Assembly: GCA_964633465.1 (NCBI GenBank)
Contig: CAZWGB010000001.1
Span: 4,753-68,752 of the forward strand
Reading direction: 5' to 3'
Length of the DNA: 64,000 nucleotides
Source of the DNA: an uncultured Woeseiaceae bacterium
GTDB lineage: Bacteria > Pseudomonadota > Gammaproteobacteria > Steroidobacterales > UBA11654
In this document: positions 8,634 through 18,838 of the stretch, piece by piece
Numbering within the stretch: position 1 is the stretch's first letter
How the letters are laid out: each line of letters opens with the position of its first letter
The notes under the pieces: generated by a model
Databases searched by the model: none
What the model was told of the DNA's origin: nothing
The model's input: the letters and a program-made list of their open reading frames with translations, nothing else
Position numbers and translations under genes: made by a program

Positions 8634-11027
8634 TTAATTCGTAGGGTAGGCGCTGTCTAAAAGTGTTTGTAATTTTTGAGAAATATCTACTCTGGGTTGG
8701 TAGTTTGGAATTGTTGGTTCAATCGTGTTGTATAGAGTGTCCCTAAGTCTTGGAGTTCTTTGAGAATTTTTTATAAAGGATTCCATTTTTTCAGGAGTAA
8801 ATTCCTGGCCATGGATACTTCCTGCAGCTTTTGATATTGACTCATTCATCAACGTTCCACCCATATCGTTGACACCCGCATTGAGACAGGCTTCAGCACC
8901 AGCTTGTCCCAGTTTGACCCAACTCGCTTGAATATTGGTGATCAACGGATTCAGGCTTAATCTTGCGATTGCATGCATCAACAGAACTTCTCTGAAAGTA
9001 GGTCCTGGACGAGCATGGCCACGTTTGTACATGGGCGACTCCATGCTGACGAAGGGCAAGGGTATGAATTCTGTAATGCCTCCCGTACGGTTTTGCAGAT
9101 TCCTTAATTTTAGAAGATGGGTAGCCCAATCAGATATATTTTCTTGATGACCAAACATAATGGTCGAAGTGGTATTAATGCCAATTTCGTGAGCCGTTGC
9201 AATGACTTCCAACCACCTTTCACTGTTGATTTTATCAGGACAAATTCTATCTCTGACTCGATCATCTAAAATTTCTGCTGCAGTCCCTGGCATCGTTTTC
9301 AAGCCTGCTTCTTTCAATTTCAGTAAGAAATCCTTAATGGAACTCCCCAAAGTCATGGCCCCATGATGAATTTCTAAAGGCGAGAATGCGTGGATATGCA
9401 TTTCAGGTACTTTTGCTTTGATTGTCCTGCAAATATCCAGGTAAGTATTGCCATCAAAATGGGGATGAATACCACCCTGAAGACAGACTTCAGTGCCACC
9501 TCTTTGCCAGGCTTCCATCGTTCGGTCTGCAATTTCATCATAAGAAATCAGATAAGGTTTACCTCTCAAATTTTCCTTAGTTTTACCTTTGGAGAAAGCA
9601 CAGAAGTGACAGGTATATTTGCAGATATTGGTGTAGTTAATGTTTCGTGTGATGACGTAACTGACAACATCGCCGTTGATTTTTTGTCTCAGAGCGTTGG
9701 CATGGTTAAGTATGTAATGCAAACGGTTTCCTCTTGATTTGAAGAGTTCAATGACCTCACTGTGGTCCAGTGATTGTCCTTTGAGTGCTTTTTTAACGGC
9801 AACAACGATGGAGGAATTCGGTTGCAAATGATTGCTATTCATCCAGTTTTGTGGACGACCTGTATCTGGAATTTGCAGCGATTCTCCACATCGCCACAGG
9901 TTGTGTCTAGCGAATCCTTCAGAGTCTGAAAGTTCATGAATGGAACGTTTTAAGCCTAGGTCAAACCAATTTTTTCCTGCGGTGATGTATTCAGGATATA
10001 TAGTCAATCGTTCTTGAAGTTGTTTGCCTGCATTATTTGTTGCCTTTTTCAAAAGTTCCAATTCTGGCCAGGGGGATTCGGGATTCACATGGTCTTGGGT
10101 AACCGGTGAAACGCCACCCCAATCATTAATTCCTGCCGCAATCAGTTCTGGCAGAACTTTCATGTTGAGATTGGGTGGACACTGAATATTCATGTCTGGT
10201 CCAAAAACAATTCTAGCCATTGCAAGAGTCCACAACAATTCCTCTATTTCGGGCGCTGGAAAATTCCTCATTTTTGTATCAGGTTTGGGAATGAAATTCT
10301 GAACAATAATTTCCTGAATGTGATCGAATTCAAGGTGGATCTCTTTAATTGCCAGGAGACTTTCAATACGCTCCCTTCTGGTCTCCCCAATGCCAATGAG
10401 AATACCCGTAGTTAAAGGCACTGAAGCTTTACCAGCGGCTCGAATGGTATTCAGTCTAAGAGCTGGCTCTTTGTCAGGAGAGCCAAAGTGTGGCTGACTT
10501 TTTCCACACAACCTGTTAGAGGAGGATTCCAGCATGATCCCCATTGAAGGCGCCACCTCTCTGAGTTGGAGCATTTGTTCAATGGTCATGGTTCCAGGGT
10601 TTAAATGGGGCAGAAGACCGGTTTCTTCCAACACCAGTTTTGCCATGGCTTGCAGATAATCCAAGGTTGTTTTGTAACCCAAAAACTGGAGATCTTTTTT
10701 TGCTATTTTATATCGTAGTTCAGGTTTTTCACCAAGTGTGAACAAAGCTTCTTTGCATTGCTTTGCTTTTCCCTCTTGGGCAATTTTCAGAATTTCTTCG
10801 GGCCTGAGATAAGGATTGTTTAACTTTCTAGGCACTTTTGCAAAAGTGCAATAATGACAAACATCCCGGCAAAGCATGGTTAACGGTATGAAGACTTTTT
10901 TCGAAAAAGTGATAACTTTTTTGCTTTCGTCTCTGAGTAAGGATGCCTGTTGCAAAAGTTGCTCGGGTCTGAGGGAATGGCTCAAGTCCAGATATTCATT
11001 GATTTGTCTTGGAGCTTGTTTAAGCAT
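8634..11027 (-). CDS. fbiC: FO synthase, fused CofG/CofH (7,8-didemethyl-8-hydroxy-5-deazariboflavin synthase)
   Basis: 797 aa with two radical-SAM CxxxCxxC motifs (CRDVCHYCTF and CKYTCHFCAF), one in each half. Last gene of the F420 operon. Confidence 0.9.
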   Translation of the reverse strand: MLKQAPRQINEYLDLSHSLRPEQLLQQASLLRDESKKVITFSKKVFIPLTMLCRDVCHYCTFAKVPRKLNNPYLRPEEILKIAQEGKAKQCKEALFTLGEKPELRYKIAKKDLQFLGYKTTLDYLQAMAKLVLEETGLLPHLNPGTMTIEQMLQLREVAPSMGIMLESSSNRLCGKSQPHFGSPDKEPALRLNTIRAAGKASVPLTTGILIGIGETRRERIESLLAIKEIHLEFDHIQEIIVQNFIPKPDTKMRNFPAPEIEELLWTLAMARIVFGPDMNIQCPPNLNMKVLPELIAAGINDWGGVSPVTQDHVNPESPWPELELLKKATNNAGKQLQERLTIYPEYITAGKNWFDLGLKRSIHELSDSEGFARHNLWRCGESLQIPDTGRPQNWMNSNHLQPNSSIVVAVKKALKGQSLDHSEVIELFKSRGNRLHYILNHANALRQKINGDVVSYVITRNINYTNICKYTCHFCAFSKGKTKENLRGKPYLISYDEIADRTMEAWQRGGTEVCLQGGIHPHFDGNTYLDICRTIKAKVPEMHIHAFSPLEIHHGAMTLGSSIKDFLLKLKEAGLKTMPGTAAEILDDRVRDRICPDKINSERWLEVIATAHEIGINTTSTIMFGHQENISDWATHLLKLRNLQNRTGGITEFIPLPFVSMESPMYKRGHARPGPTFREVLLMHAIARLSLNPLITNIQASWVKLGQAGAEACLNAGVNDMGGTLMNESISKAAGSIHGQEFTPEKMESFIKNSQRTPRLRDTLYNTIEPTIPNYQPRVDISQKLQTLLDSAYPTN

Positions 11028-11076
11028 GTACTAGTTATAACCTCAAATTTGTTTCATCTCAACGACAAATTTCCAA

Positions 11077-11703
11077 TTACAAATTGTGTCTTTGTATAAA
11101 GTTCAAAAATTGAGTATTTATAGAGCTCTTTTTGAATTCCTGAAGATCATTCCACGTATCAACATCAAGACTCAGGTTCTTGATTTCTATAATTTTTGTG
11201 TTGATCTTTTGTGCCTTAGCTGCTGCAAGGTGTTTATCAAAACTATTGACACCAAATTGGAATTCCAAAATTGCTGGAAGGTCGAGAATCAGTGCATTAG
11301 TCCCATTTTCTTTGTGTGCTTTAACAATGGATAAACCACCTTGGTGCTCGGCTATGAACTTTGCTATATCTGTTTCTTGTACAAATGGTAGGTCAACAGA
11401 TAAGTAGAGCATCTGCTGGATTCCCTGATTTTGAATCCATTTTGCGGCATGGGTTATCTTTGCTTTTAGCTTCTTTATTTCGGGGTCTTTGAGAATGGTT
11501 ATTTTTTGATTATCAAATGACTTTAACCATTCTTTTTCGTTGCTTAAAACAACTATTTTTTCAATGCTCCGAATAGAGCAAAGCGCTTCAAGAACCTGAG
11601 TGGCTAATATTTGTGTCAGTTCTCTGCGTCGATCACTATCAAGGTGTTTTGATAGTCTTGAGAATGATTCAGAAAAATCATTGATTGGGATCAAAGCCCA
11701 CAT
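11077..11703 (-). CDS. cofC: F420 biosynthesis guanylyltransferase CofC/FbiD family
   Basis: 208 aa with N-terminal ALIPIN....SRL nucleotidyltransferase-type motif. ATGA overlap with cofD. The call relies heavily on context. Confidence 0.7.
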   Translation of the reverse strand: MWALIPINDFSESFSRLSKHLDSDRRRELTQILATQVLEALCSIRSIEKIVVLSNEKEWLKSFDNQKITILKDPEIKKLKAKITHAAKWIQNQGIQQMLYLSVDLPFVQETDIAKFIAEHQGGLSIVKAHKENGTNALILDLPAILEFQFGVNSFDKHLAAAKAQKINTKIIEIKNLSLDVDTWNDLQEFKKSSINTQFLNFIQRHNL

Positions 11704-12677
11704 CAGATAAGGCCTTTTTTAGTGTTGAATTTTTGACTAAATACGATCAGATCTTGGGCTAGTTGAATTTTATCTGCATCGGTTTTCATTATCGTATTGG
11801 TTACTTCAACTTCGATACCCATGGACTGAATTTCAGAAGCCATAGTTTTGTCTCTTTCGTCAATAATCAGACCATCTATCAACGGTTGATAATGTTGAGC
11901 TACACTGGCAACAGTTACTGGTATACCCATTTCATTCATGATCTTTGCAGCAGGTCCTCTCAGTGCTTTTCCCGCAACGATTGGCGAAACAGCAATCACA
12001 GGTGCAGCAGATGATTGAATGTATGATTTGATTTCCTTGATTGATAGGATCGGGTCAATGCTTAAATATGGATTTGAAGGACAAAAAATTATGGCAGCAT
12101 ACTCATTGTTTTCTATCGCAGACATAAGTTCGGGTGAGATGGTAGCTTTGGCACTGCCTTTGAATGAAATTTTTCTGATACTAGGCTTGGATTGATGTTT
12201 AACAAAATATTCCTGGAACGGCAAACAACCGATGTCCGATTCAATGACGGTTAGAACTGGATCATCACTCATAGGTAAGATACGGCTTTTTAAACCAAAT
12301 TGTTGGGCAATGCTTTGAGTAATTTCGGTAAGTCTTAAGCCTTTTCCCCTTAGTTCATTGCGGTAAAAATGCAATGCCAGATCTTTATCACCAATCTGGA
12401 ACCAATTCTCTAAACCCAATTCACCTAAAGCAGAGTGCGTCTTCCAGGTTTCGTCGGCTCTCCCCCATCCCTTTCCAGGATCGTTGACTCCAGCAAGGGT
12501 GTATATCAAAGTGTCTGAATCTGGGGAGATATACAAGCCAAGGTGTGTAAAGTCATCGCCTGTGTTGGCGATGATAGTCAGGGTATCCTGTGCTGCAATC
12601 TGATCCAGACCCCAGCTCAGTTTCGCTCCACCAACACCACCGCTTAGGGCAAGAATGTTATCCCCGTTCATAGTCAA
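11703..12677 (-). CDS. cofD: 2-phospho-L-lactate transferase (LPPG:FO transferase) CofD/FbiA
   Basis: N-terminal LSGGVGGAKL motif, 324 aa, overlaps both neighbours by 1-4 nt. Confidence 0.9.
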   Translation of the reverse strand: MTMNGDNILALSGGVGGAKLSWGLDQIAAQDTLTIIANTGDDFTHLGLYISPDSDTLIYTLAGVNDPGKGWGRADETWKTHSALGELGLENWFQIGDKDLALHFYRNELRGKGLRLTEITQSIAQQFGLKSRILPMSDDPVLTVIESDIGCLPFQEYFVKHQSKPSIRKISFKGSAKATISPELMSAIENNEYAAIIFCPSNPYLSIDPILSIKEIKSYIQSSAAPVIAVSPIVAGKALRGPAAKIMNEMGIPVTVASVAQHYQPLIDGLIIDERDKTMASEIQSMGIEVEVTNTIMKTDADKIQLAQDLIVFSQKFNTKKGLI

Positions 12678-13459
12678 CGAAACAAATCTTCTTTCTTTGG
12701 GCGAATAAGGTCTTGGATAGAGTCTTCGGCAGAATCTATATCTAATCCTTGAATCAATACCACAGGAGTTGCTTCATTAGTTTCACCCATCACCAAAGAG
12801 GCAGCTGCAGCAAGCTGATCTGCCCAAGCAATGCATGTAACTTGCAACTCTCGTTCAAATAAATCTTTGGCTTTGAATCTTAAGTCCATTAGTGCTTTTA
12901 CTCCAGCAGAACCAATGGCATGTCCTATTGTTCCCAATCGCCAAGCTCGCCCGATGCTGTCCGTGATAATAATACCAACGTCAATACCAGTTTTTTCTTT
13001 AATTTGATCCTTAATTCTCATAGCAGATTTATCGGGATTGAGTGGCAGCAATAAGGCTACTTCATCCTTTTGTTTTGATTCAATGTTGGAGCGATCCACG
13101 CCAGCATTGGCTAAGACATGACCCAAACGATGTTCGACAATGATCACGCCATCACTTATTCGAATAACCTCATTGGATTCTTGAAGAATCAATTCAACCA
13201 ATCTTGGGTCTTTATTTGCTTGATGCGCTATATCCAATGCATCTTGGGACGGATCAACGTCGGATAAACTGACTAGGCGTCCTTCTGCTTTAGAAACAAT
13301 TTTTTGGGCAACAGCAACCACATCATTAGTTTCAATAACAATGTTATTGTCAGCCAAGCCAGATAAGATTAATTCTCCAAGATCATCATTCTTTTCAATC
13401 AATGGCAAGCCGGTAAGAGCAGTTAAGGATATCGAAGGTGGTTGTGACTTGAAATGCAT
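12674..13459 (-). CDS. cofE: Coenzyme F420:L-glutamate ligase CofE, stand-alone form with no C-terminal nitroreductase-like domain
   Basis: 261 aa with VVAVAQKIVSKAEGR and ANAGVD motifs typical of CofE. The length is only compatible with the single-domain form. Confidence 0.85.
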   Translation of the reverse strand: MHFKSQPPSISLTALTGLPLIEKNDDLGELILSGLADNNIVIETNDVVAVAQKIVSKAEGRLVSLSDVDPSQDALDIAHQANKDPRLVELILQESNEVIRISDGVIIVEHRLGHVLANAGVDRSNIESKQKDEVALLLPLNPDKSAMRIKDQIKEKTGIDVGIIITDSIGRAWRLGTIGHAIGSAGVKALMDLRFKAKDLFERELQVTCIAWADQLAAAASLVMGETNEATPVVLIQGLDIDSAEDSIQDLIRPKKEDLFR

Positions 13460-13491
13460 GGCAATCAGGGTGTGTCCAGAAAGAGCCTATA

Positions 13492-14148
13492 TCAGTGAGA
13501 TGTGATTTTGATGCCAGAAGATTTACGTTTGTACTTCTTATTAATCGAAATAAGAATCGATGTTAGTGCTTCTGCGGCAGCAGAATTTTCCAGCGGACCA
13601 ACGTGCCAAGAACGTAAACCTAATTCTCCCACAAGTTCAGTGACAAGATTAAGTGCTGCTTCGTTGTTTCCAGAGATCAAAACTTCAGCATCAATTCTGT
13701 CATCAGAATTTAACAAATGCGATCCAATATTCTGCAGTGCAGCTATGACGGTAACATCATCTCCCAGGATATTTTGTGCTTCAACAGCCACTGATCCAGT
13801 CTTTGGCAGGGAAACCTTTGTAACTTCTTTTTGGAGAGGCACGGTTGTATCGACAAGTATTTTACCTTGCAAGTATTCTTTTACAATTTTCAGAATTGTT
13901 TCGTGACTGCTGTAGGGCACTGTGAGTACCGCAAGGTCACACAGTTTTGCAGCTTCTGCCAATTCAAATCCATTTATGGTTTCCAAATCCAATTCTTCTC
14001 GCATCGAGCGAGCAAAACTTGTTGCTTTTTCTTTGGACCGTGAGCCTATGATGATTCTATAGCCTTTCTGTGCCCATTTTTTTGCAAGAGCTGAGCCCAG
14101 ATCTCCAGTTCCACCTAAAATTGCAATTGTTAGATCCCTGCTAGGCAT
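13492..14148 (-). CDS. npdG: NADPH-dependent F420 reductase (Fno/NpdG)
   Basis: [35 protein letters not shown] dinucleotide-binding N-terminus. The preferred ATG at 14148 gives an 8-nt overlap (ATGCCTAG) with the ilvD stop; the track ORF extends to 14184. Confidence 0.8.
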   Translation of the reverse strand: MPSRDLTIAILGGTGDLGSALAKKWAQKGYRIIIGSRSKEKATSFARSMREELDLETINGFELAEAAKLCDLAVLTVPYSSHETILKIVKEYLQGKILVDTTVPLQKEVTKVSLPKTGSVAVEAQNILGDDVTVIAALQNIGSHLLNSDDRIDAEVLISGNNEAALNLVTELVGELGLRSWHVGPLENSAAAEALTSILISINKKYKRKSSGIKITSH

Positions 14149-15994
14149 CTGTATTCTCATCGGGCAAAACCCGGACAGCTCCATCTGAAGCAGAAGAGGC
14201 CATCATTGCATAGGCTTTCAAGGCTAGACTTACCTCGCGATTTCGACTTGAGGGTTTCCAGGCACTTGATCCTGTTTCATCCATAGCAATTCTTCTGTTT
14301 TCAAGATCTTCTGGTAAAAGATTTACATTGATTTTTCTCTTGGGGATATCAATATCAATAATGTCCCCATTTTTTATCAGCCCAATGGCTCCTCCAGAAG
14401 CTGCTTCAGGTGAAATATGCCCAATTGAAAGACCAGATGTTCCACCAGAGAATCTGCCATCAGTAATCAGGGCACATTTTTTCCCTAAGCCCTTTGACTT
14501 CAAGTAACTGGTTGGATACAGCATTTCTTGCATGCCTGGTCCACCTCTTGGCCCTTCGTATCGTATGACGATGACTTCACCGGCTTTGACTTCGTCGTTC
14601 AAAATACCTTCAATCGCATGGTCTTGACTTTCAAATATGTGTGCTGGGCCACTAAAAACCAAACTGTTTTCGTCAACACCAGCAGTTTTGACTATACAGC
14701 CATCCAAGGCAATGTTGCCCTTGAGCACTGCCAAGCCTCCATCAAGACTATATGCATGATCAATTTCTCGAATACAACCTCGGCTTCGATCTAAGTCCAG
14801 TTCATCGTAACGTTTTTTTTGAGAAAATGGTTCAGTTGTTGGGATCATTCCAGGTGCGGCTGAATAGAATTCCAGTACCTGTTTGTTAGGAGTTCTACTG
14901 ATGTCCCATTTAGCGATTGCTGCTTGCATTGTTTTACTATGAATGGTGCCAGTATCCACATTAAGTAATTTTCCTTTTTCAAGCTGGCCAAGAATAGCCA
15001 TCACTCCTCCTGCACGATGCACATCTTCCAAATGGTAGTGACTGCTTGGCGCTACTTTGCAAAGATTAGGCACGCGTCTGGACAGGCGATCAATATCTTC
15101 CATGGAAAAATCAAGATGTGCTTCTTTTGCTGCTGCTAGGATGTGCAAAACGGTATTGGTAGAACCACCCATTGCAATGTCTAGCGTCATTGCGTTTTCG
15201 AATGCTTTTTTACCAGCTATCTTACGAGGTAAAACCTCTGTATTGTTATCTTCATAATAATCTTTTGCTAATTTAACAATCAGTTTTCCTGCATCCAAAA
15301 ATAGCTGTTTTCTATCTGCGTGTGTTGCCAAGACACTCCCATTACCAGGCAATGCAAGGCCCAATGCTTCTACCAAGCAATTCATTGAGTTTGCAGTAAA
15401 CATTCCCGAACACGACCCACAAGTTGGGCAGGCAGATCGTTCAATCGCAGCCAGATCCTCATCCGATACGGAATCGTCTCCAGCAAAGACCATTGCATCA
15501 ATCAAATCGAGTGTAGTTTCCACACCCTTAACCTTGCTTTTTCCCGCCTCCATGGGACCACCAGAAACAAAAATGGTTGGTATATTCAACCGCATTGCTG
15601 CCATCAACATGCCGGGTGTAATTTTGTCACAGTTTGACAGGCAAACCATTGCGTCTGCACAGTGAGCATTGACCATGTATTCTACTGCATCTGCTATGAG
15701 TTCTCGAGAAGGCAGGCTATAGAGCATGCCCGGGTGTCCCATAGCAATTCCATCATCAACTGCAATGGTATTGAACTCTTTAGCAACCCCTCCTTGTACT
15801 TGGATTTCTTTAGCAACCAGTTGTCCTAAATCTTTGAGATGCACATGCCCCGGTACAAACTGAGTAAAAGAGTTTGCGATGGCAATAATTGGCTTGCCAA
15901 AATCATCATCAGTCATCCCTGTAGCACGCCAGAGAGCCCTAGCACCAGCCATATTTCTTCCATGTGTTGAGGTTTTTGATCTATATTCAGGCAT
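14141..15994 (-). CDS. ilvD: Dihydroxy-acid dehydratase
   Basis: 617 aa. The N-terminus [53 protein letters not shown] is nearly identical to E. coli IlvD as I recall it. Confidence 0.95.
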   Translation of the reverse strand: MPEYRSKTSTHGRNMAGARALWRATGMTDDDFGKPIIAIANSFTQFVPGHVHLKDLGQLVAKEIQVQGGVAKEFNTIAVDDGIAMGHPGMLYSLPSRELIADAVEYMVNAHCADAMVCLSNCDKITPGMLMAAMRLNIPTIFVSGGPMEAGKSKVKGVETTLDLIDAMVFAGDDSVSDEDLAAIERSACPTCGSCSGMFTANSMNCLVEALGLALPGNGSVLATHADRKQLFLDAGKLIVKLAKDYYEDNNTEVLPRKIAGKKAFENAMTLDIAMGGSTNTVLHILAAAKEAHLDFSMEDIDRLSRRVPNLCKVAPSSHYHLEDVHRAGGVMAILGQLEKGKLLNVDTGTIHSKTMQAAIAKWDISRTPNKQVLEFYSAAPGMIPTTEPFSQKKRYDELDLDRSRGCIREIDHAYSLDGGLAVLKGNIALDGCIVKTAGVDENSLVFSGPAHIFESQDHAIEGILNDEVKAGEVIVIRYEGPRGGPGMQEMLYPTSYLKSKGLGKKCALITDGRFSGGTSGLSIGHISPEAASGGAIGLIKNGDIIDIDIPKRKINVNLLPEDLENRRIAMDETGSSAWKPSSRNREVSLALKAYAMMASSASDGAVRVLPDENTDA

Positions 15995-16151
15995 CTCTCT
16001 TTTTAATCTATTTAAGCGGTAATTTTCTTAGGATATTATTATCTCATTTATTGCTAATAATTCTAATTCTCATGGTACAGTAGTGTCAGAAAATTATTGA
16101 TTTTTGATCGATTTGTCTCAAGTTTTTATATGGTATTTATCAGAATTTAAT

Positions 16152-18764
16152 ATGAGCGAACAAAAAAAAACAGCCAAAGTAATTGATTTAAATTCGTCGC
16201 AACAAAAATACTTCGAACAAGAATGGAAGACTGAATTAAATGAATGGATAGAGTCTCTAGATTCTATCAAACACAGCTATGGCAGCCGACAAGTTAAGGA
16301 GCTTTTACGGTCCTTGCAAAACCATGCTTTAAGTAGCGGTGTTAGTCTTGGCGAGGCCACACTGAACACACCCTATAGAAACTCAATTCATGTGAGTGAT
16401 CAGCCAGATTACCCAGGCGATATACAGATGGAGAAAAGAATTGAAAATATCATCCGTTGGAATGCTATGGCAATGGTTCTCCAGGCTAATGACAATGGTT
16501 CAGGAGTTGGAGGACATATTGCCACCTATGCTTCAGCAGCAACCCTCATGGAAGTGATGCTAAATCACTTTGTTCGTTCAAGAACCGATGATTATCAAGG
16601 CGATATGTTTAATATCCAAGCACATGCTTCTCCAGGTATTTATTCAAGAGCTTTTTTAGAAGGACGATTAACCATTGAAGAGTTAGCTAATTTCAGAAGA
16701 GAATTACAACCCGATGGCGGTTTACCTTCTTATCCTCATCCAAGGAGAAGACCAAATTTGTGGCCAAGTCCGTGTGCATCTATGGGACTGAGTGCTGTTT
16801 CTGCAATCTACTATGCAAGGTTTGCAAAATATCTTGAAAATAGGGGTTTAACAGACAAAAAAGGCGGCAAAATCTGGGCCATTCTTGGTGATGGTGAGAT
16901 GGACGAACCGGAAACTCTGGGTACCATCAATATTGCCTCAAGAGAAGGACTGGATAATCTCATCTTTGTTGTTAATTGCAATTTACAACGTCTTGATGGA
17001 CCGGTTAGAGGCAACGGCAAAATTATCCAAGAACTTGAAGCAGTTTTCAGAGGCTCACAATGGAATGTATTGAAGGTCATATGGGGCTCAGAATGGGATC
17101 CTTTATTTGCAATTGACCATAACGATGTAATGCAAAAAAGAATGGATGAAGTTTTAGACGGTGAATACCAAATGTATTCGGTGATATCAGGTAAAGAACA
17201 ATTGAATCACTGGGCTAAAGACAATCCCGAGCTAAAAGAAATTATGTCCGGTCTTACTGATGAAGAAGTTAAAAAAATTAAGCGAGGAGGCTTTGATCGC
17301 AAAAAGCTATATGCAGCTTTTGAGCGAGCTGTGAACACCAAAGGCAAGCCTACCGTAATACTGATTAAAACCTTGAAAGGCTATGGGTTGGGTGAAAGAG
17401 CGGAAGGAACTAATACTACCCATCAAAAAAAGCAAATGTCTGATGATGAGCGACTGGAGATTGCACATCGACTTGATATACCGCTCAGTGAAAAAGCAAT
17501 AAAAGAGGCCCAATTTTTTGTGCCAGATTCAGACTCAAAAGAGATGCAATATCTACACGAGCAGCGGGAAAGACTCGGTGGGTATCAACCCATAAGATTC
17601 AATGATTGCAAATCTATAAAAACTCCTAGTATTGAAATTTTTCAGGATTTCTTAGACGGTATTGACCGCTCTGTCTCCACCACACTTTCTTTGGTCAGAA
17701 TGATTTCAAAACTTCTCAGAGATAAAGAATTGGGAAAATATTTAGTCCCCATTGTTCCGGATGAGGCGAGAACGTTTGGTATGGACGGTTTATTCCCACA
17801 GGCAGGAATCTATTCATCTGAAGGACAGAATTACGAACCGGTTGATGCTGGAACCCTTTCGCCTTATAAAGAAGCAAAGGATGGGCAAATTCTCCAGGAG
17901 GGTATTTGCGAAGCTGGCGCCTTGGCATCTTTTATGGCTGCAGGCACTGCTTATGCTCATTTTCAGCTACCCATGATTCCGTTTTACATTTTTTACTCAA
18001 TCTTTGGGTTGCAACGAGTCGGTGACATGGTTTGGGCTTGTGGTGATGCATTGACACGTGGTTTCTTGATCGGCGGCACTGCAGGCAGGACAACACTGAA
18101 TGGCGAGGGAGTTCAACACCAGGATGGTCATTCACATGTTTTAGCTGCGACCTATCCTAACTTGATGACCTACGATCCATGTTTTGCTTATGAATTGGCG
18201 ATAATCATTCGAGAGGGCATTCGAAGGATGTATGAGGAGCAAGAAGATATTTTCTACTACTTAACCGTTTACAATGAAAATCATACCCATCCGAAGATGC
18301 CAGAGGGAGTAGAAGAGGGAATCTTGAAGGGAATTTATTGCTTTAATAGAGGACCAGAATCTTTAAAGAAAAAATATAAAGGGGAGCCAATCCATCTTTT
18401 GGGCAGTGGGAGCATCATGCAACAGGTTATCAAAGCACAAAAACAATTAATTGATCAGGGTATCCCAACCGATGTTTGGAGTGTTACCAGCTACAACTTA
18501 CTGCATAAAGACTACGTTGATTGCCAACAAACAGGCAAAGATCCTTATCTGGTTCAAGTATTAAAAAATGAGTTCGGTCATTTTATTGCAGTTAGCGATT
18601 ACATGAGATTGCTTCCAGATAGCCTTGCTCACTTGTTCCCTGGCAACTTTACCTCCCTTGGAACCGATGGATATGGTCTCAGCGAGTCAAGAGATGAACT
18701 GAGAAATTATTTTGGTATCAGTACGGAATCTATTGTTGACAAGGTCGTTGAAATCACTAAGTAA
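16152..18764 (+). CDS. aceE: Pyruvate dehydrogenase E1 component, homodimeric type
   Basis: About 870 aa from ATG 16152 (MSEQKKTAKV); the track ORF starts 48 nt earlier. ThDP-binding GDGEMDEPE motif and overall AceE-like sequence. No E2/E3 genes follow. Confidence 0.9.
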   Translation: MSEQKKTAKVIDLNSSQQKYFEQEWKTELNEWIESLDSIKHSYGSRQVKELLRSLQNHALSSGVSLGEATLNTPYRNSIHVSDQPDYPGDIQMEKRIENIIRWNAMAMVLQANDNGSGVGGHIATYASAATLMEVMLNHFVRSRTDDYQGDMFNIQAHASPGIYSRAFLEGRLTIEELANFRRELQPDGGLPSYPHPRRRPNLWPSPCASMGLSAVSAIYYARFAKYLENRGLTDKKGGKIWAILGDGEMDEPETLGTINIASREGLDNLIFVVNCNLQRLDGPVRGNGKIIQELEAVFRGSQWNVLKVIWGSEWDPLFAIDHNDVMQKRMDEVLDGEYQMYSVISGKEQLNHWAKDNPELKEIMSGLTDEEVKKIKRGGFDRKKLYAAFERAVNTKGKPTVILIKTLKGYGLGERAEGTNTTHQKKQMSDDERLEIAHRLDIPLSEKAIKEAQFFVPDSDSKEMQYLHEQRERLGGYQPIRFNDCKSIKTPSIEIFQDFLDGIDRSVSTTLSLVRMISKLLRDKELGKYLVPIVPDEARTFGMDGLFPQAGIYSSEGQNYEPVDAGTLSPYKEAKDGQILQEGICEAGALASFMAAGTAYAHFQLPMIPFYIFYSIFGLQRVGDMVWACGDALTRGFLIGGTAGRTTLNGEGVQHQDGHSHVLAATYPNLMTYDPCFAYELAIIIREGIRRMYEEQEDIFYYLTVYNENHTHPKMPEGVEEGILKGIYCFNRGPESLKKKYKGEPIHLLGSGSIMQQVIKAQKQLIDQGIPTDVWSVTSYNLLHKDYVDCQQTGKDPYLVQVLKNEFGHFIAVSDYMRLLPDSLAHLFPGNFTSLGTDGYGLSESRDELRNYFGISTESIVDKVVEITK

Positions 18765-18838
18765 TCGCCTTCATTTCTTATGCTTTAAAAAGATTGTGTA
18801 AGTCTCTCACTTAACAGCTAAACAAGATTTTAAAAAAA

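Noticed and set aside
13502-13906. 134-aa plus-strand ORF inside fno. Similar antisense or overlapping track ORFs occur at 9390-9737, 32112-32501, 41698-42153, 44343-44669, 45861-46178, 49754-50119, 24411-24758 and 26514-27074.
   Set aside because: All lie within, or antisense to, confidently identified genes and show no motifs. Long spurious ORFs opposite real genes are expected.
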